Part shown: piece after piece, positions 26,875-36,810 of the stretch
How positions within the stretch are numbered: the first letter of the stretch is position 1
Layout of the letters: every line of letters begins with the position of its first letter
From: a virus
Strand: one strand, 5' to 3'
Length of the DNA stretch: 58,139 nucleotides
Virus record (IMG/VR): IMGVR_UViG_3300045988_055482
Coordinates: 1-58,139 of that record
The notes under the pieces: generated by a model
The model's input: the letters and a program-made list of their open reading frames with translations, nothing else
What the model was told of the DNA's origin: nothing
The model's database searches: none
Position numbers and translations under genes: made by a program

Positions 26875-28428
26875 ATGAAATTAAAATCAGTTAAAAAAGA
26901 ACTTAAGGAAATGTTTAGAGACTCACTTTTGACCACAGCAGAATGGGAGTCACTTGTTGAAGAATCTAAAACAAACAAGGAACTAGAAGCTAAACTAAAT
27001 GAAGCACAGGAACAGTTTAAGTCTATCACAGATGGGAACTATGAATCAGATGATTTTGCTACTAGTGTTAAGTCTTTAAACGGTGCTGTAGACTTTGCAG
27101 AGGTTCTGCGTGGTTGGGATATTGTGGAGAAAATCCGTGAATATCAAGACATTTATAAAATGGGGTATACCTTTAATGATGAGTATTTTGTCTCTCCTAT
27201 CCCTCTAGTCCTAGTAAGTCTTGACCCTGAAAGAATCCTTATGAAAAGACCAGAAAAATGGTATGGGGATAACAAGGATAATCTTGTCAAGCTATTGGAT
27301 AAGCTCATTATGCGTGAGAATCTGAAAGGTGATGAATCAGGTAAGAAAGTCACTAAAGAGCCTCTAAAGGACTTTATCAAAAAGAACTCACTTGAAAAGT
27401 ACCCTAAAATTATTTGCTACTATATGCAAAAAGAAGGGGTATTTCCTAGACAAGATGGGTTTGAAAAGGCACTTAAGCCATATCAGGAATATATTAGCAA
27501 AAAATTTGACAAGGCTATTTTGGAGCACAATCCTAACCTTAAAAAGTTCACCTATGCAAGTATGGTCAAAGATTATTTTGGACTTGTGCTAGATGAATCA
27601 CAAAATGCACCTAAGTTAGCTAAACAGCTCAAAAAAGCAGGAATTAGCTACACAGACAAAGAAATCCAACATTTTGGAGAAGTCAAAAATTGGTGGGAAG
27701 ATTGGAATTATAGTAACTTCTCCACTATGAATAATAAATTGTTCAGAGTTCGTGATTTGTGGGTAGATTATGCAGATTTTGAAATTCCAGCACTTGTGGA
27801 TAAATGGGCTTTTAATGGTTCGTGCAATAATTGGTGTAGTGGAGCAGGAGCAGATACTCACCTTGTACTAAAACACTTTGGGTTCAATTATCTCAAATGT
27901 TACTCAACTATTATCAATAATAATGGAGAAGTATCTCTTTGCCCTTCTATGCGTACCTATTTTTACAAGGATTCTAGTGGAGAACTAGGTCATGCAGGAA
28001 CTTATGCTGACTTTGAAGGAAAACGAGCTAAAGCCTGCTATGAATTTACAACTACACTACTTTGTATTGTGTTTAACCGTAAAATTGATGATTTTTCTAA
28101 AATCTCAGGCATGGATATTAGTTGTGATAACTACAGAGATAAGAATAACAACTATATCAATTTCTGGGCTAACCAAGCAATAAATGACTATGCAAAATGG
28201 GGTACAGCAGAAGTATTTTCAAAATTTGATAATGATGACATGGATGATTATAGAGAAACTCATTTTAGTCTAACATACACTATCAATAATGAATTAACTC
28301 CTAGTGAACGATGTAGTCTACTATACACACATACAATCTATTCTGGTTATGTGCTCAAAAGTGCGACTAAACAATCAGGTCACCTTGTGTTAAATGCACT
28401 TAAAGACCTACTAAGCACAAATTACTAA
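26875..28428 (+). CDS. Early protein, paralog B of the same unknown family as 24038..25066
   Basis: NAPKLAKQLKKAGISYTDKEIQHF and DKWAFNGSCNNW blocks. I prefer ATG 26875 (MKLKSVKK), which lies after the upstream stop, over the track start at 26836. Confidence 0.7.
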   Translation: MKLKSVKKELKEMFRDSLLTTAEWESLVEESKTNKELEAKLNEAQEQFKSITDGNYESDDFATSVKSLNGAVDFAEVLRGWDIVEKIREYQDIYKMGYTFNDEYFVSPIPLVLVSLDPERILMKRPEKWYGDNKDNLVKLLDKLIMRENLKGDESGKKVTKEPLKDFIKKNSLEKYPKIICYYMQKEGVFPRQDGFEKALKPYQEYISKKFDKAILEHNPNLKKFTYASMVKDYFGLVLDESQNAPKLAKQLKKAGISYTDKEIQHFGEVKNWWEDWNYSNFSTMNNKLFRVRDLWVDYADFEIPALVDKWAFNGSCNNWCSGAGADTHLVLKHFGFNYLKCYSTIINNNGEVSLCPSMRTYFYKDSSGELGHAGTYADFEGKRAKACYEFTTTLLCIVFNRKIDDFSKISGMDISCDNYRDKNNNYINFWANQAINDYAKWGTAEVFSKFDNDDMDDYRETHFSLTYTINNELTPSERCSLLYTHTIYSGYVLKSATKQSGHLVLNALKDLLSTNY

Positions 28429-28448
28429 AATTAAAGGAGAATCACACT

Positions 28449-29570
28449 ATGAATTACACATTTATCGACGTACTAACAAAAACTCAATCAGAAATGTTTT
28501 CATGGCTACCTAGTGTACTACTTGACTATGGATACACAGATTTAAAGGTCACAGACTATATGATTATGGCAATCAGTCCTAAGAAGAATCAGCCTTGTCT
28601 TGTGGCTCACCTAGATACAATCAACACAAAGCGAAAGACCTATAACTACGGAAGCTATTACCAAACTTACTCAAATGTTAGCACAGCTACGAGCACAGAA
28701 AAAGAACGTACTCCAGAAGTTCAGGATATTCTAGTTACAGATAAATATATCTTACTATCTCCAGAATGTAAGTCTACCATCCAATGTTTAGGTGCTGATG
28801 ACCGTGTAGGAGTTAAAACTATCCTAGATATTCTTGAGATGGGTCTCAGACCTCATATTCTCTTCACTACAGACGAGGAAGTGGGTTGTGTAGGTTCTCA
28901 TAAGGCAGTGGATGAAAATGCATTAGAAGAGCTTAGAGAGGCTTCTATGCTTATCCAGATTGACAGAGGTGTTCATGAATCATCATGGCATGAAATGGTG
29001 ACCTACAGTTTTGACCCTAAGAGTCATCCAGAAATCTTTGATAAGTTAAGGGAAACTTACACAATGGCTACAGGTTCTTACACAGATGTTACTGTATTAG
29101 GGCCACACTTAAACAAGCCTATCGTGAATGTATCTGCAAGTTATATGAATGAACACCACACAGATGAATTTATCAATCTAGAGGCTTATGAGTATAACAC
29201 ACAAGGGCTTATCAAGTTCATTGAATGGGCAGAATCACAAGACACAAGCAAATGGAAATGGAATGCTAAGCACGTTCCACCAGTTAAACCGAAAACTAGT
29301 CCTACTAACTTCCCTCCTAAGTTTGGAACTATTCGTCCTAGCTTGTGGAGTAAAAAGGGAGGATATGCTAGTGCTGAAACCTACTTCAAGGAAATGAATA
29401 AATCAAAATTTATTAATTGTGAAGATACCTTTGAAAAATACATTGAAGAAGGTTGGGAAGAAGAAACATTACTTGATTCACTAGACCTAGCCTACTCACT
29501 AGGTGCTGAAATCTACAACTTATGGCAACTTAAGTACATTCTTGAAGGAAAAGTATACAACCATATTTAA
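28449..29570 (+). CDS. M20/M42-type (peptidase-T-like) zinc metallopeptidase homolog
   Basis: Metal-ligand motifs in order: VAHLDT, LGADDRVG, FTTDEEVGCVG. RBS AAAGGAG. Confidence 0.6.
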   Translation: MNYTFIDVLTKTQSEMFSWLPSVLLDYGYTDLKVTDYMIMAISPKKNQPCLVAHLDTINTKRKTYNYGSYYQTYSNVSTATSTEKERTPEVQDILVTDKYILLSPECKSTIQCLGADDRVGVKTILDILEMGLRPHILFTTDEEVGCVGSHKAVDENALEELREASMLIQIDRGVHESSWHEMVTYSFDPKSHPEIFDKLRETYTMATGSYTDVTVLGPHLNKPIVNVSASYMNEHHTDEFINLEAYEYNTQGLIKFIEWAESQDTSKWKWNAKHVPPVKPKTSPTNFPPKFGTIRPSLWSKKGGYASAETYFKEMNKSKFINCEDTFEKYIEEGWEEETLLDSLDLAYSLGAEIYNLWQLKYILEGKVYNHI

Positions 29571-29580
29571 ACACAAAAAG

Positions 29581-29607
29581 AGGGATAGCTAATTTGCTAT
29601 CCCTTTT
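29581..29607 (+). terminator. Rho-independent terminator ending the early module
   Basis: agggatagc-taattt-gctatccct followed by TTTT, preceded by an A-run. Confidence 0.75.
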
Positions 29608-29696
29608 AAGGTGTTTATGTATTTCACTTATAAGTATAGCACATGTAGGAAAATATCACAAGTAAATTACACTAAAATAATCAATTATGTATTGTT

Positions 29697-29850
29697 TTGG
29701 TGGAAATAACCAGAATACTTTATAATATATATATTAGGTATAAGGTTATTACCATCAATTAGTTACATAAATAGGTACTCTTTCACTATCTTCTTAAATC
29801 AAAAAAATGTTCGCAAAACAAGTTGCAAACATTTTATTGGGACAATAACC
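29697..29850. repeat. Right copy of the inverted regulatory cassette (partner 21879-22023)
   Basis: See the left copy. Contains the palindrome at 29804-29835 and the ttttggtggaaataacc box at 29696-29712. Confidence 0.85.
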
Positions 29851-29868
29851 ATTTTCTACTTTTAGGTA

Positions 29869-29897
29869 TTGCATTATACTTTTCTTTGTGGTATAAT
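29869..29897 (+). promoter_or_regulatory. Promoter of the replication module (TTGCAT-17-TGgTATAAT)
   Basis: attgcattatacttttctttgtggtataat. Its sequence also resembles the resolvase promoter at 21841-21869. Confidence 0.6.
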
Positions 29898-29933
29898 AGT
29901 ATTACCAATAAATTAGAAACAGAGGTGTAAACA

Positions 29934-30830
29934 ATGTATTTTAAGGTTTATCTTGAAATGTTCAAACAACAGGAACTCAAGAATCTCACAGATATTTTCT
30001 TGTATAGCTTCTTGTGTGCTTTTGCAAAGGAAGGAGAGAATAAAGTCTATTCTCACTACACCAATCAACAATTAGTTGATATTTTTGGGTGTACTCATCA
30101 GACTATCTCCAATTCTGTGACTAGACTTGAGAAGTTAGGTCTTGTGAAGCGTTTTGATGATACAAGATTTAGCTATACAAATGGTGATTTTTACTGTAAA
30201 CGAACTCTTGTGACTGATACAGAATTTTTCAACAAGTATGCTGTGGAAGACTATATTTCTGTGAAAAGTCATTGGCTTACAGAGTGGAAATTGCCTATTC
30301 GTGCTGTACAGCTTCTTGGTATCTTCTGGTCAGCTTACTTCAAAAGAGGTAAGAGTATGACACTATATACAACATCACATGACCTCATTGACCTTATGGG
30401 AAATGTAAACTATCGTACGTATATTAATAATCTAAACTTATTGAAAGACTTAGGGTTAATTACAGAGCTTACACCTAAAAATAAACATGAAAAAGAATTT
30501 TTCCTTTCTGTGAAATATCTAGGTGATGATGTAAGTCCAGAAGAAGTTATAGAAGCTGTTTCTGTGGAGGATAAAGCACAAGATAATAAAGGTTCTGTGG
30601 GAAAGTTTAACACACTTCTTAAGTGGGCTAAGAGATACTTGAGAAGTAAGTCAAGTAAGGTAGTCAACAAGATTCTAAAAGTATTAGACCCTTATATCAC
30701 TGTGAAGAAGTCACTAGAGCCTTTGTGGCAAGTATTTAATTTTTATGAACGTGCCAATATTAGAGCTATGATTCCAGAAGATGCAGACCCTAGAGATGGT
30801 TACTTTGTTCAAGGAGAGGGTTATGCCTAA
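29934..30830 (+). CDS. Winged-helix replication initiator/organizer-like protein
   Basis: wHTH segment YTNQQLVDIFGCTHQTISNSVTRLEKLGLVKR. It is the first gene of the replication module. Confidence 0.5.
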   Translation: MYFKVYLEMFKQQELKNLTDIFLYSFLCAFAKEGENKVYSHYTNQQLVDIFGCTHQTISNSVTRLEKLGLVKRFDDTRFSYTNGDFYCKRTLVTDTEFFNKYAVEDYISVKSHWLTEWKLPIRAVQLLGIFWSAYFKRGKSMTLYTTSHDLIDLMGNVNYRTYINNLNLLKDLGLITELTPKNKHEKEFFLSVKYLGDDVSPEEVIEAVSVEDKAQDNKGSVGKFNTLLKWAKRYLRSKSSKVVNKILKVLDPYITVKKSLEPLWQVFNFYERANIRAMIPEDADPRDGYFVQGEGYA

Positions 30831-32592
30831 GAATAAGTTTGTAGAATTATTACAGCGTAACTTTGGTGAGAAAGACCTTGTGAATTTTGGGGTAAATAAG
30901 AAATTTTACCTTGAACGTAAAATCAAGGAAGACCCTGAGTTTGAGGATAGATTCAGTCGTGACTTTGAACAAGCAAAGCACTTTGTGAAGCATATAGGTA
31001 CACAAGTTAAAGCTCTAAGAGACAAGTATGACCTATACATATCTTTCACTCCTACAGGAGGCAAAGAGCGTAAGAAGAATAATGCACAGGATACCTATAT
31101 CATTGCACAAGATATTGATGGAGCACCTATCCCTACAGACTTACCTCCTAGCTATTTTTGGGAAACAAGCCCTAATAAGTATCAAGGTGTATGGATATTA
31201 GATAATAAGGTAAATCCACAAGAGCATGAGATTCTGTGTAGAAAACTTGTCAAAAAATATGGATTTGACCCTTGTGGTGTGGATATTGTACACTTATACA
31301 GAATTCCTAGCACAGTGAATCACAAGTATGCTACAGACTTTAAAGTAAGTGGTCTACAAGGTGAAGGAACTGTGTATCGTAAACGTGACTTCATGAAACA
31401 CCTTGAAGATGTGGATATTACTTCCAGAGCAGTTGTGGAAAATGAAGAAATTGAGTATGTTAATCTTGACCTAGATGCTGTTTTAGAAGAATACAATGCC
31501 TTTAAGGAATTTACTCATGAATTAGCTGTGGATAGGTCAGATTGGGCTTGGAAATTAGAGCAAAAGATGATTATGAATGGAGCTTCTAAGGAAGATGTGA
31601 AATTTGTACTCTTAAATGCACCAGATGGAAAAGCTAAGTTCACAGAAGAGACTGTAGATGCTGAGGTAAATAGAGCCTTTGCCAAAAGTGAATCACTTGC
31701 AGAAGAATCTGAGGAAGAGGTAGAACTTATCACAGAATTAACTAGCAAGATGAGTATTGAGGAACAGGGTGGTAAGTCTATCAAAACTGTTTCTAAGAAG
31801 GGTAAAAAGCGTAAGAACAAGTTTAATATTGTCAGAGTTGATGAGATTGAACCTTTTGACCCTACTGACTTCTGGTTGATTGAAGACTTCTGGGAGAACG
31901 GTTCTGTGGGTATAATTGGAGCACCTTCTAAGTCATTCAAGTCTACATTTGCTTTGAATCTTGCTTGTGCTGTGGCTACTGGTAAGCCTTTTGATGGACG
32001 TAAGGTTAAACAAGGTGCTGTGTTGATTATCCAAGGTGAGAATAACTTGTCTATGGAACAACATAAGATTTATGCTGTGACAGGTTGTGAAACTCCTCCA
32101 CCTATCTACTTTGTGGATGATAATATCACTATGGAACAGGTCTATCGCTTGGAGAATGACATAAGAGAATTAGGTGTTAAATTACTCATAATTGACCCTA
32201 TGTACCTCTTGTTTGGTAGTGGTGATATAAATAGACACCAAGACATTGTAGAACGATTAGAGATGCTCACAAGGCTTTCTAAGAATACAGGTTGTGCTGT
32301 GATGCTTATTCACCACAGTAGAAAGTTGGAACGTGGAGCTAAGATTACAACCTCAGATATGTATGGTTCTGCCTTTATTGAAGGTTGGTATGAGTCTATG
32401 ATTCTCCTACAGCGTAAGTCAAATAACTCTAGCACAATGACTACTTATTTTCGTAATCATAAGTCAGGTGATGTATATGACCTTGTGGTAGATGATAACA
32501 TGGGATGTAGAGTTTTTTCCCGTAAGGGGGAAAGTGCCTATGATGCAGAGGAAGCTGACTTTTCTGTGTTAGGGGGTGATGGAGATGAGTAG
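30823..32592 (+). CDS. Primase-polymerase / RepA-like (AAA_25) helicase fusion
   Basis: N-terminal IAQDIDG prim-pol-like segment. C-terminal Walker A GAPSKSFKST, LIIDPMY and HHSRK. The ATG at 30823 follows AAGGAGAGGG. Confidence 0.65.
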   Translation: MPKNKFVELLQRNFGEKDLVNFGVNKKFYLERKIKEDPEFEDRFSRDFEQAKHFVKHIGTQVKALRDKYDLYISFTPTGGKERKKNNAQDTYIIAQDIDGAPIPTDLPPSYFWETSPNKYQGVWILDNKVNPQEHEILCRKLVKKYGFDPCGVDIVHLYRIPSTVNHKYATDFKVSGLQGEGTVYRKRDFMKHLEDVDITSRAVVENEEIEYVNLDLDAVLEEYNAFKEFTHELAVDRSDWAWKLEQKMIMNGASKEDVKFVLLNAPDGKAKFTEETVDAEVNRAFAKSESLAEESEEEVELITELTSKMSIEEQGGKSIKTVSKKGKKRKNKFNIVRVDEIEPFDPTDFWLIEDFWENGSVGIIGAPSKSFKSTFALNLACAVATGKPFDGRKVKQGAVLIIQGENNLSMEQHKIYAVTGCETPPPIYFVDDNITMEQVYRLENDIRELGVKLLIIDPMYLLFGSGDINRHQDIVERLEMLTRLSKNTGCAVMLIHHSRKLERGAKITTSDMYGSAFIEGWYESMILLQRKSNNSSTMTTYFRNHKSGDVYDLVVDDNMGCRVFSRKGESAYDAEEADFSVLGGDGDE

Positions 32593-33058
32593 TTGTTATA
32601 AAGGATTGCCTTGGGTTGAATCTGTGATAAATGATGAAAGTGTACCTCGAGAGGTTAAAGTATTCATAAAGTTATTTCATGAAGAAGTAAAGGCAAGGAA
32701 TACATCTATATGTGGATATGTGGAAGAAACTATGAAGGGTATAGTAAGCCCATCAGCAGTGCTTAAGAATCTTAAAAGAGGTTCATTACCACCTATATAT
32801 TGTTTGAGATATTTAGACTTCTTGAAAGAGTCTGAGAAAGATTATCTTGAATGGTATATGGTGAATAAAGACCATGTAACTATAAATAAATATAGGAAAA
32901 ATGATGTAGGTCATATCTTTGCTAAATGGGAAGGTAAATCTTATCCTGAGACAGCATTAAGATTCTCTCCTAGTAAGGAAAATAAATATATTAGACGTAT
33001 GAGACGTAAATATCAAGCTCTTAACTATTTACAAAGAGCATATGAATTGGGGGTATAG
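32576..33058 (+). CDS. Hypothetical protein
   Basis: 160-aa ORF. The start is ambiguous (GTG 32576, ATG 32579 or ATG 32585). Confidence 0.55.
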   Translation: MMEMSSCYKGLPWVESVINDESVPREVKVFIKLFHEEVKARNTSICGYVEETMKGIVSPSAVLKNLKRGSLPPIYCLRYLDFLKESEKDYLEWYMVNKDHVTINKYRKNDVGHIFAKWEGKSYPETALRFSPSKENKYIRRMRRKYQALNYLQRAYELGV

Positions 33059-33059
33059 T

Positions 33060-33266
33060 ATGGCATTATTGACATTTGGTACAAACCCAAGAAAGAATAT
33101 GAGTTTAAGTTACAGAGATGTGATAGAACTAGATAAAATAGAGAAAGTCACAAAGCTCATGAAAACTCAATATGGTTCTGTGATGATATACTGTGGGCAA
33201 GAGATGAAAGGATTCTATAATGGAACGGTAGGGAGTCTTGTTAGAGGTTTGGGGTGGAGTAAATGA
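33060..33266 (+). CDS. Hypothetical small protein
   Basis: I prefer ATG 33060, which follows GGGGGT and lies after the upstream stop. ATGA overlap with the polymerase start. Confidence 0.5.
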   Translation: MALLTFGTNPRKNMSLSYRDVIELDKIEKVTKLMKTQYGSVMIYCGQEMKGFYNGTVGSLVRGLGWSK

Positions 33267-36200
33267 TTAATACTATAGACATCTCAAGACCTGTATGCTT
33301 GGATATTGAGACTACTGGACTAGATAGACACAGAAATGAGATTACCTCTATCCAGATTGGTTATACTCATATTGAAACAGGTGTATACACAAGAAAGTTC
33401 TTTGATTGGGTTAAACTAGGAACTAAAAGGCAAAGAGCACTTCTCAGAAAGCTCAAAGAGTGTAAGTTAGTAACTCATAATGGGAAGTTTGACTTGCTTT
33501 TCCTTTATGTTAAGACAGGTATAGAGCTTAAGTTATGGATTGACACTCTTGTGCTTGCTCATGTGTGTGGAGAGGAAGAGCTTGGTCTTAAACCTTTAAC
33601 AGAGAAGTATTTTCATGTTAAGTATGATATTGCGAAGGAAGCTAAGGTAGGTAAAATCACAGAAGCATTCAAGGCTTATGGTCTTGATGATGTTCTGTAT
33701 CCAATGAAACTATTGAAGATTTTCCAAAAGAAAATTGCACGCTATGACTTGCTTAAGGTGTTCAAGCATGAAATGAGAGCTTATAAAGCTTATTATGAAA
33801 TTGAAAAAGGAGGAGTTCCCATAAGTCCTAGAAGACATGAGGTACTTGAAAAACTCCAAAAAGACCTGAAACCTTACACAGAGAAACTATTGACTTATGG
33901 GGATATTAACTGGAACTCTAATGCACAAGTAGCAAGTATTCTCTTTGCACCTAAAGATGAACCAGTTTATGATGAACAAGGTGAGAGATTACCTAATACT
34001 TATGCTGTAGTAGATGTTAAGGGTAAGGTTATTGCTGAGTTTAATGAACGTAAAGAAGCCAATGCTCACAAGAAAGAACATGGTATTGATGGAAAAGTCA
34101 AGATTGTTAAGCATTATCTTCCTGTGGTTATTGGTTATGGTCAAGGACTTGAAGTAATTGAACGTACAAAATCTGGTGCACCTTCTGTTGGTGTAGATAC
34201 TCTTGCTAACTATGTGGGAAATGATTGTGTAGATACCTTGCTTGAATATAAACGTATATCTAAATTGATTACCTTTATTGAGTCATGGGAAGAGCTTCAA
34301 GTAGATGGTAAAATATATCCTAGTTTTAATATCACAGCTAGGACAGGAAGGACAACCTGTAATAACCCGAACCTTAGAAACGCTGGGGGTTCGTTAAACC
34401 CTGTGAAAACGGTGAACGCTGAGATGCCAACACCGTGTCAAGCCTAGTTGAGATACTAGGAAGATGTAACGACTAAGAAATGCCTGGAGCAGAGTAACAC
34501 GAGCGCAGGGATTGGTTAAATACCAATATGAGATAGTCTGAACTTGTGGGAATTGAACCACAAGAACTATAGGATAAAGAGCCTATAGGATAACATGGCA
34601 TGTCAGCAATGTCCACAAGATAGTTATGTTAGAAACCTTATTGAAGCTAGACCCGGTTGGAAGCATTGTGAAGTGGACTTCAGCCAGTTAGAACTACGTG
34701 TAGCTAGTTGGTTGTCTGGTGACATAAATATGCAACATGCTTATCAATCAGGTAGTGACTTGCATAGTAAGACTACAGAGCTCCTTTTTGGTGATACTAG
34801 TGAGCTAAGTCATGATGAGCAGAAGAGATTAAGAACTAACTCTAAGGCCTGTTTTAGTGGAGATACTGAAATTCTTACTATGAATGGATTTATACCTTTT
34901 AGTGAGTATGATGGTGTAACCCCTGTGGCTCAAGTAGATAGAGATACACTAAGTATGGATTTTGTTAAACCTCTAGCATTTAAGTGTATACCTAATCAGG
35001 AGGTTATGGAGCATTGTGATGCTAATGTGTCTATAAAGTGTACTTTAAATCATAGATACTGGTTGCTTAGAAATAAAACTAAGTCTGAGGTAGGTGAGTT
35101 CAAAGACTTGAAATTACTAGGTGATTCTAAATTAAGTTGGGTTAAAGGTGCATATTTAGATTTTAAACCTAAATTAAGTGTAGATGAGACTAGGTTTTTA
35201 TGTATGTGTGTATCTGATGGGCATTTTATAGAGAACAAAACAGTTCATAATGCTGTAACTTTTACTTTTAGGAAAAAGAGAAAGTTTGATAGATGTATCT
35301 CTATACTTAATTCTCTTAATTTACCCCACAATGCAACGTATAGAGATAACTATAGACATTATGTAGTCTATGTGTATAGTAATAAACTAATAGATTTACT
35401 GTACAAGTATACAACTAAGGATAAAAACCTTATATGGGATAATATACATGATATAGACTTTAATGCTTATGTTGAAGAATGCTTGTATTGGGATGGTCAT
35501 TATACTGAGAATAAAGGGGCTAATTTCTTTACTACTCAAGAGCAAACCTCTGATGTAATGCAGTATATGTTTTTTGTACTTGGGATAAAGGTAAATAAAG
35601 CTGTACATCATGATAAGAGGGGTGGAAGGTCTACTGGTTATAGACTTAATATACCTATGACTAGGGGAAGAAACCATTTATGTAGAATGTTACCCTCAAA
35701 AATAGATATATCAGTAAAATCTATTGAGGATGTCTACTGTGTACAAGTACCAAAAGATACAATAGTTTTAAGACGAAACGGTAAAATAGTAGTTTTACCT
35801 AATTGTAACTTTGGGTTCCTCTATGGTATGGTAGCAAAGACTTTCCAAAAGTACGCTATCGGATATGGTCTAGACCTTACACAAGAGGATAGTGAGAAAA
35901 TCCGTGCTGATTTCTTTAAAGCCTACCCTAGATTGCTTGTGTGGCATGAAGAGTGTAAGGAATTTGCTAGACAACATGGCTATATAGAATCGCCTATTGG
36001 AAGAAAAAGATGGTTTGACAACATTAATAGCAGAGACTTTAGAAAGCGTTCTGCTGATGAAAGACAAGCTATCAACTCACCAGTACAAGGATTTGGTTCA
36101 GACTTGTGTACTAGTGCCTTAGCTGATATTGTTTTCAGTAAAGAGCTAGACCACACAAGATTCAATGTACTAGGCTCTGTGCATGATGCAATTCTCTTTG

Positions 36201-36340
36201 AGATAATGGATGATTATGTAGAAGAACTAGTGCCTAAGTTAAAATATATGATGGAACACCCCTCTATTATTGATGGTATGGATGTACCTATACCTCTTAT
36301 AGCAGATGTGGAGGTTTCTCAATCATGGGGAGGACATTAA
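33263..36340 (+). CDS. Family A (Pol I-type) DNA polymerase with 3'-5' exonuclease domain, interrupted by an intron and an intein
   Basis: Exo I CLDIETTGL and Exo II NGKFDLLFL. TGRTTCNNPNL | QQCPQ rejoins across 34375-34602. Motif A is VDFSQLELRV. Motif B, RTNSKA|C|NFGFLYG, is split by the intein. Motif C is SVHDAI. Proposed mature coding: 33263-34374 + 34603-34849 + 35804-36340. Confidence 0.85.
34375..34602 (+). mobile_element. ORF-less group-I-like intron (about 228 nt) in the polymerase gene
   Basis: Exon 1 ends in U and the intron ends in G. An internal guide candidate GGGGTT (34386-34391) pairs with exon AACCTT. Multiple hairpins: acggtg/caccgt, cctagt/actagg, attggt/accaat, cttgtgg/ccacaag, ctatagg/cctatag. 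Boundaries are good to 1 nt either way. Confidence 0.6.
34850..35803 (+). mobile_element. Intein (318 aa) with a LAGLIDADG homing endonuclease domain, in Pol motif B
   Basis: Starts CFSGDTEILT. Block B is CTLNH. Dodecapeptide-like FLCMCVSDGHF and VEECLYWDGHY. Ends IVVLPN followed by the +1 Cys of CNFGFLYG. Confidence 0.8.
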
Positions 36341-36810
36341 TGCACCTATATGATAAACCTGCATACTTGAAGAGTAAATATCAGCTATTAAGACAACTTA
36401 ATAGAGAGTGCTTCCAAGCTGACCCTGAGAAGTATTGCAGAGAACAGATTGACTATGACCCTAACTATGAATTAGGTGTTGATGGTCAAGAATATGTAAT
36501 GGGTAAATTTATAAAAGGTATCCGATACTTGAATAGAACATACAAGCTAAAACTACCACAGTTTCCTAGCTATGATGAGATGTATAAGCTAAACTTTAGA
36601 CTTCCTGCTAAGATAGACTTTGCTGTGAAGTATATGGTTGCTACTACTCATTTAAAAACTCAGTATGTTTCACATAATATAGCATTTACCTATGCTGTGA
36701 GTGATACCAATGAGAGATTGGTTATCCATTATCCTAGACAAACACAAGATATGATTGACTATGCTAGATTCATTATAGCTAATGGGTATAGAGAATATGT
36801 ACGCAGTTGA
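36340..36810 (+). CDS. Hypothetical protein
   Basis: ATG 36340 overlaps the polymerase stop (TAATG), 6 nt after GGAGGA. Confidence 0.6.
   Translation: MHLYDKPAYLKSKYQLLRQLNRECFQADPEKYCREQIDYDPNYELGVDGQEYVMGKFIKGIRYLNRTYKLKLPQFPSYDEMYKLNFRLPAKIDFAVKYMVATTHLKTQYVSHNIAFTYAVSDTNERLVIHYPRQTQDMIDYARFIIANGYREYVRS

Noticed and set aside
34376-34447. C-terminal tail RNAGGSLNPVKTVNAEMPTPCQA of ORF 33263..34447 as the genuine end of a split polymerase
   Set aside because: The conserved PNLQ..P motif is completed only by joining to 34603. The tail is most simply read-through into the intron.
34595-34602. ATG 34595 as an independent start for a second polymerase subunit
   Set aside because: There is no RBS, and the ATG lies within the predicted 3' end of the intron. 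The MAC residues are not part of the conserved motif.
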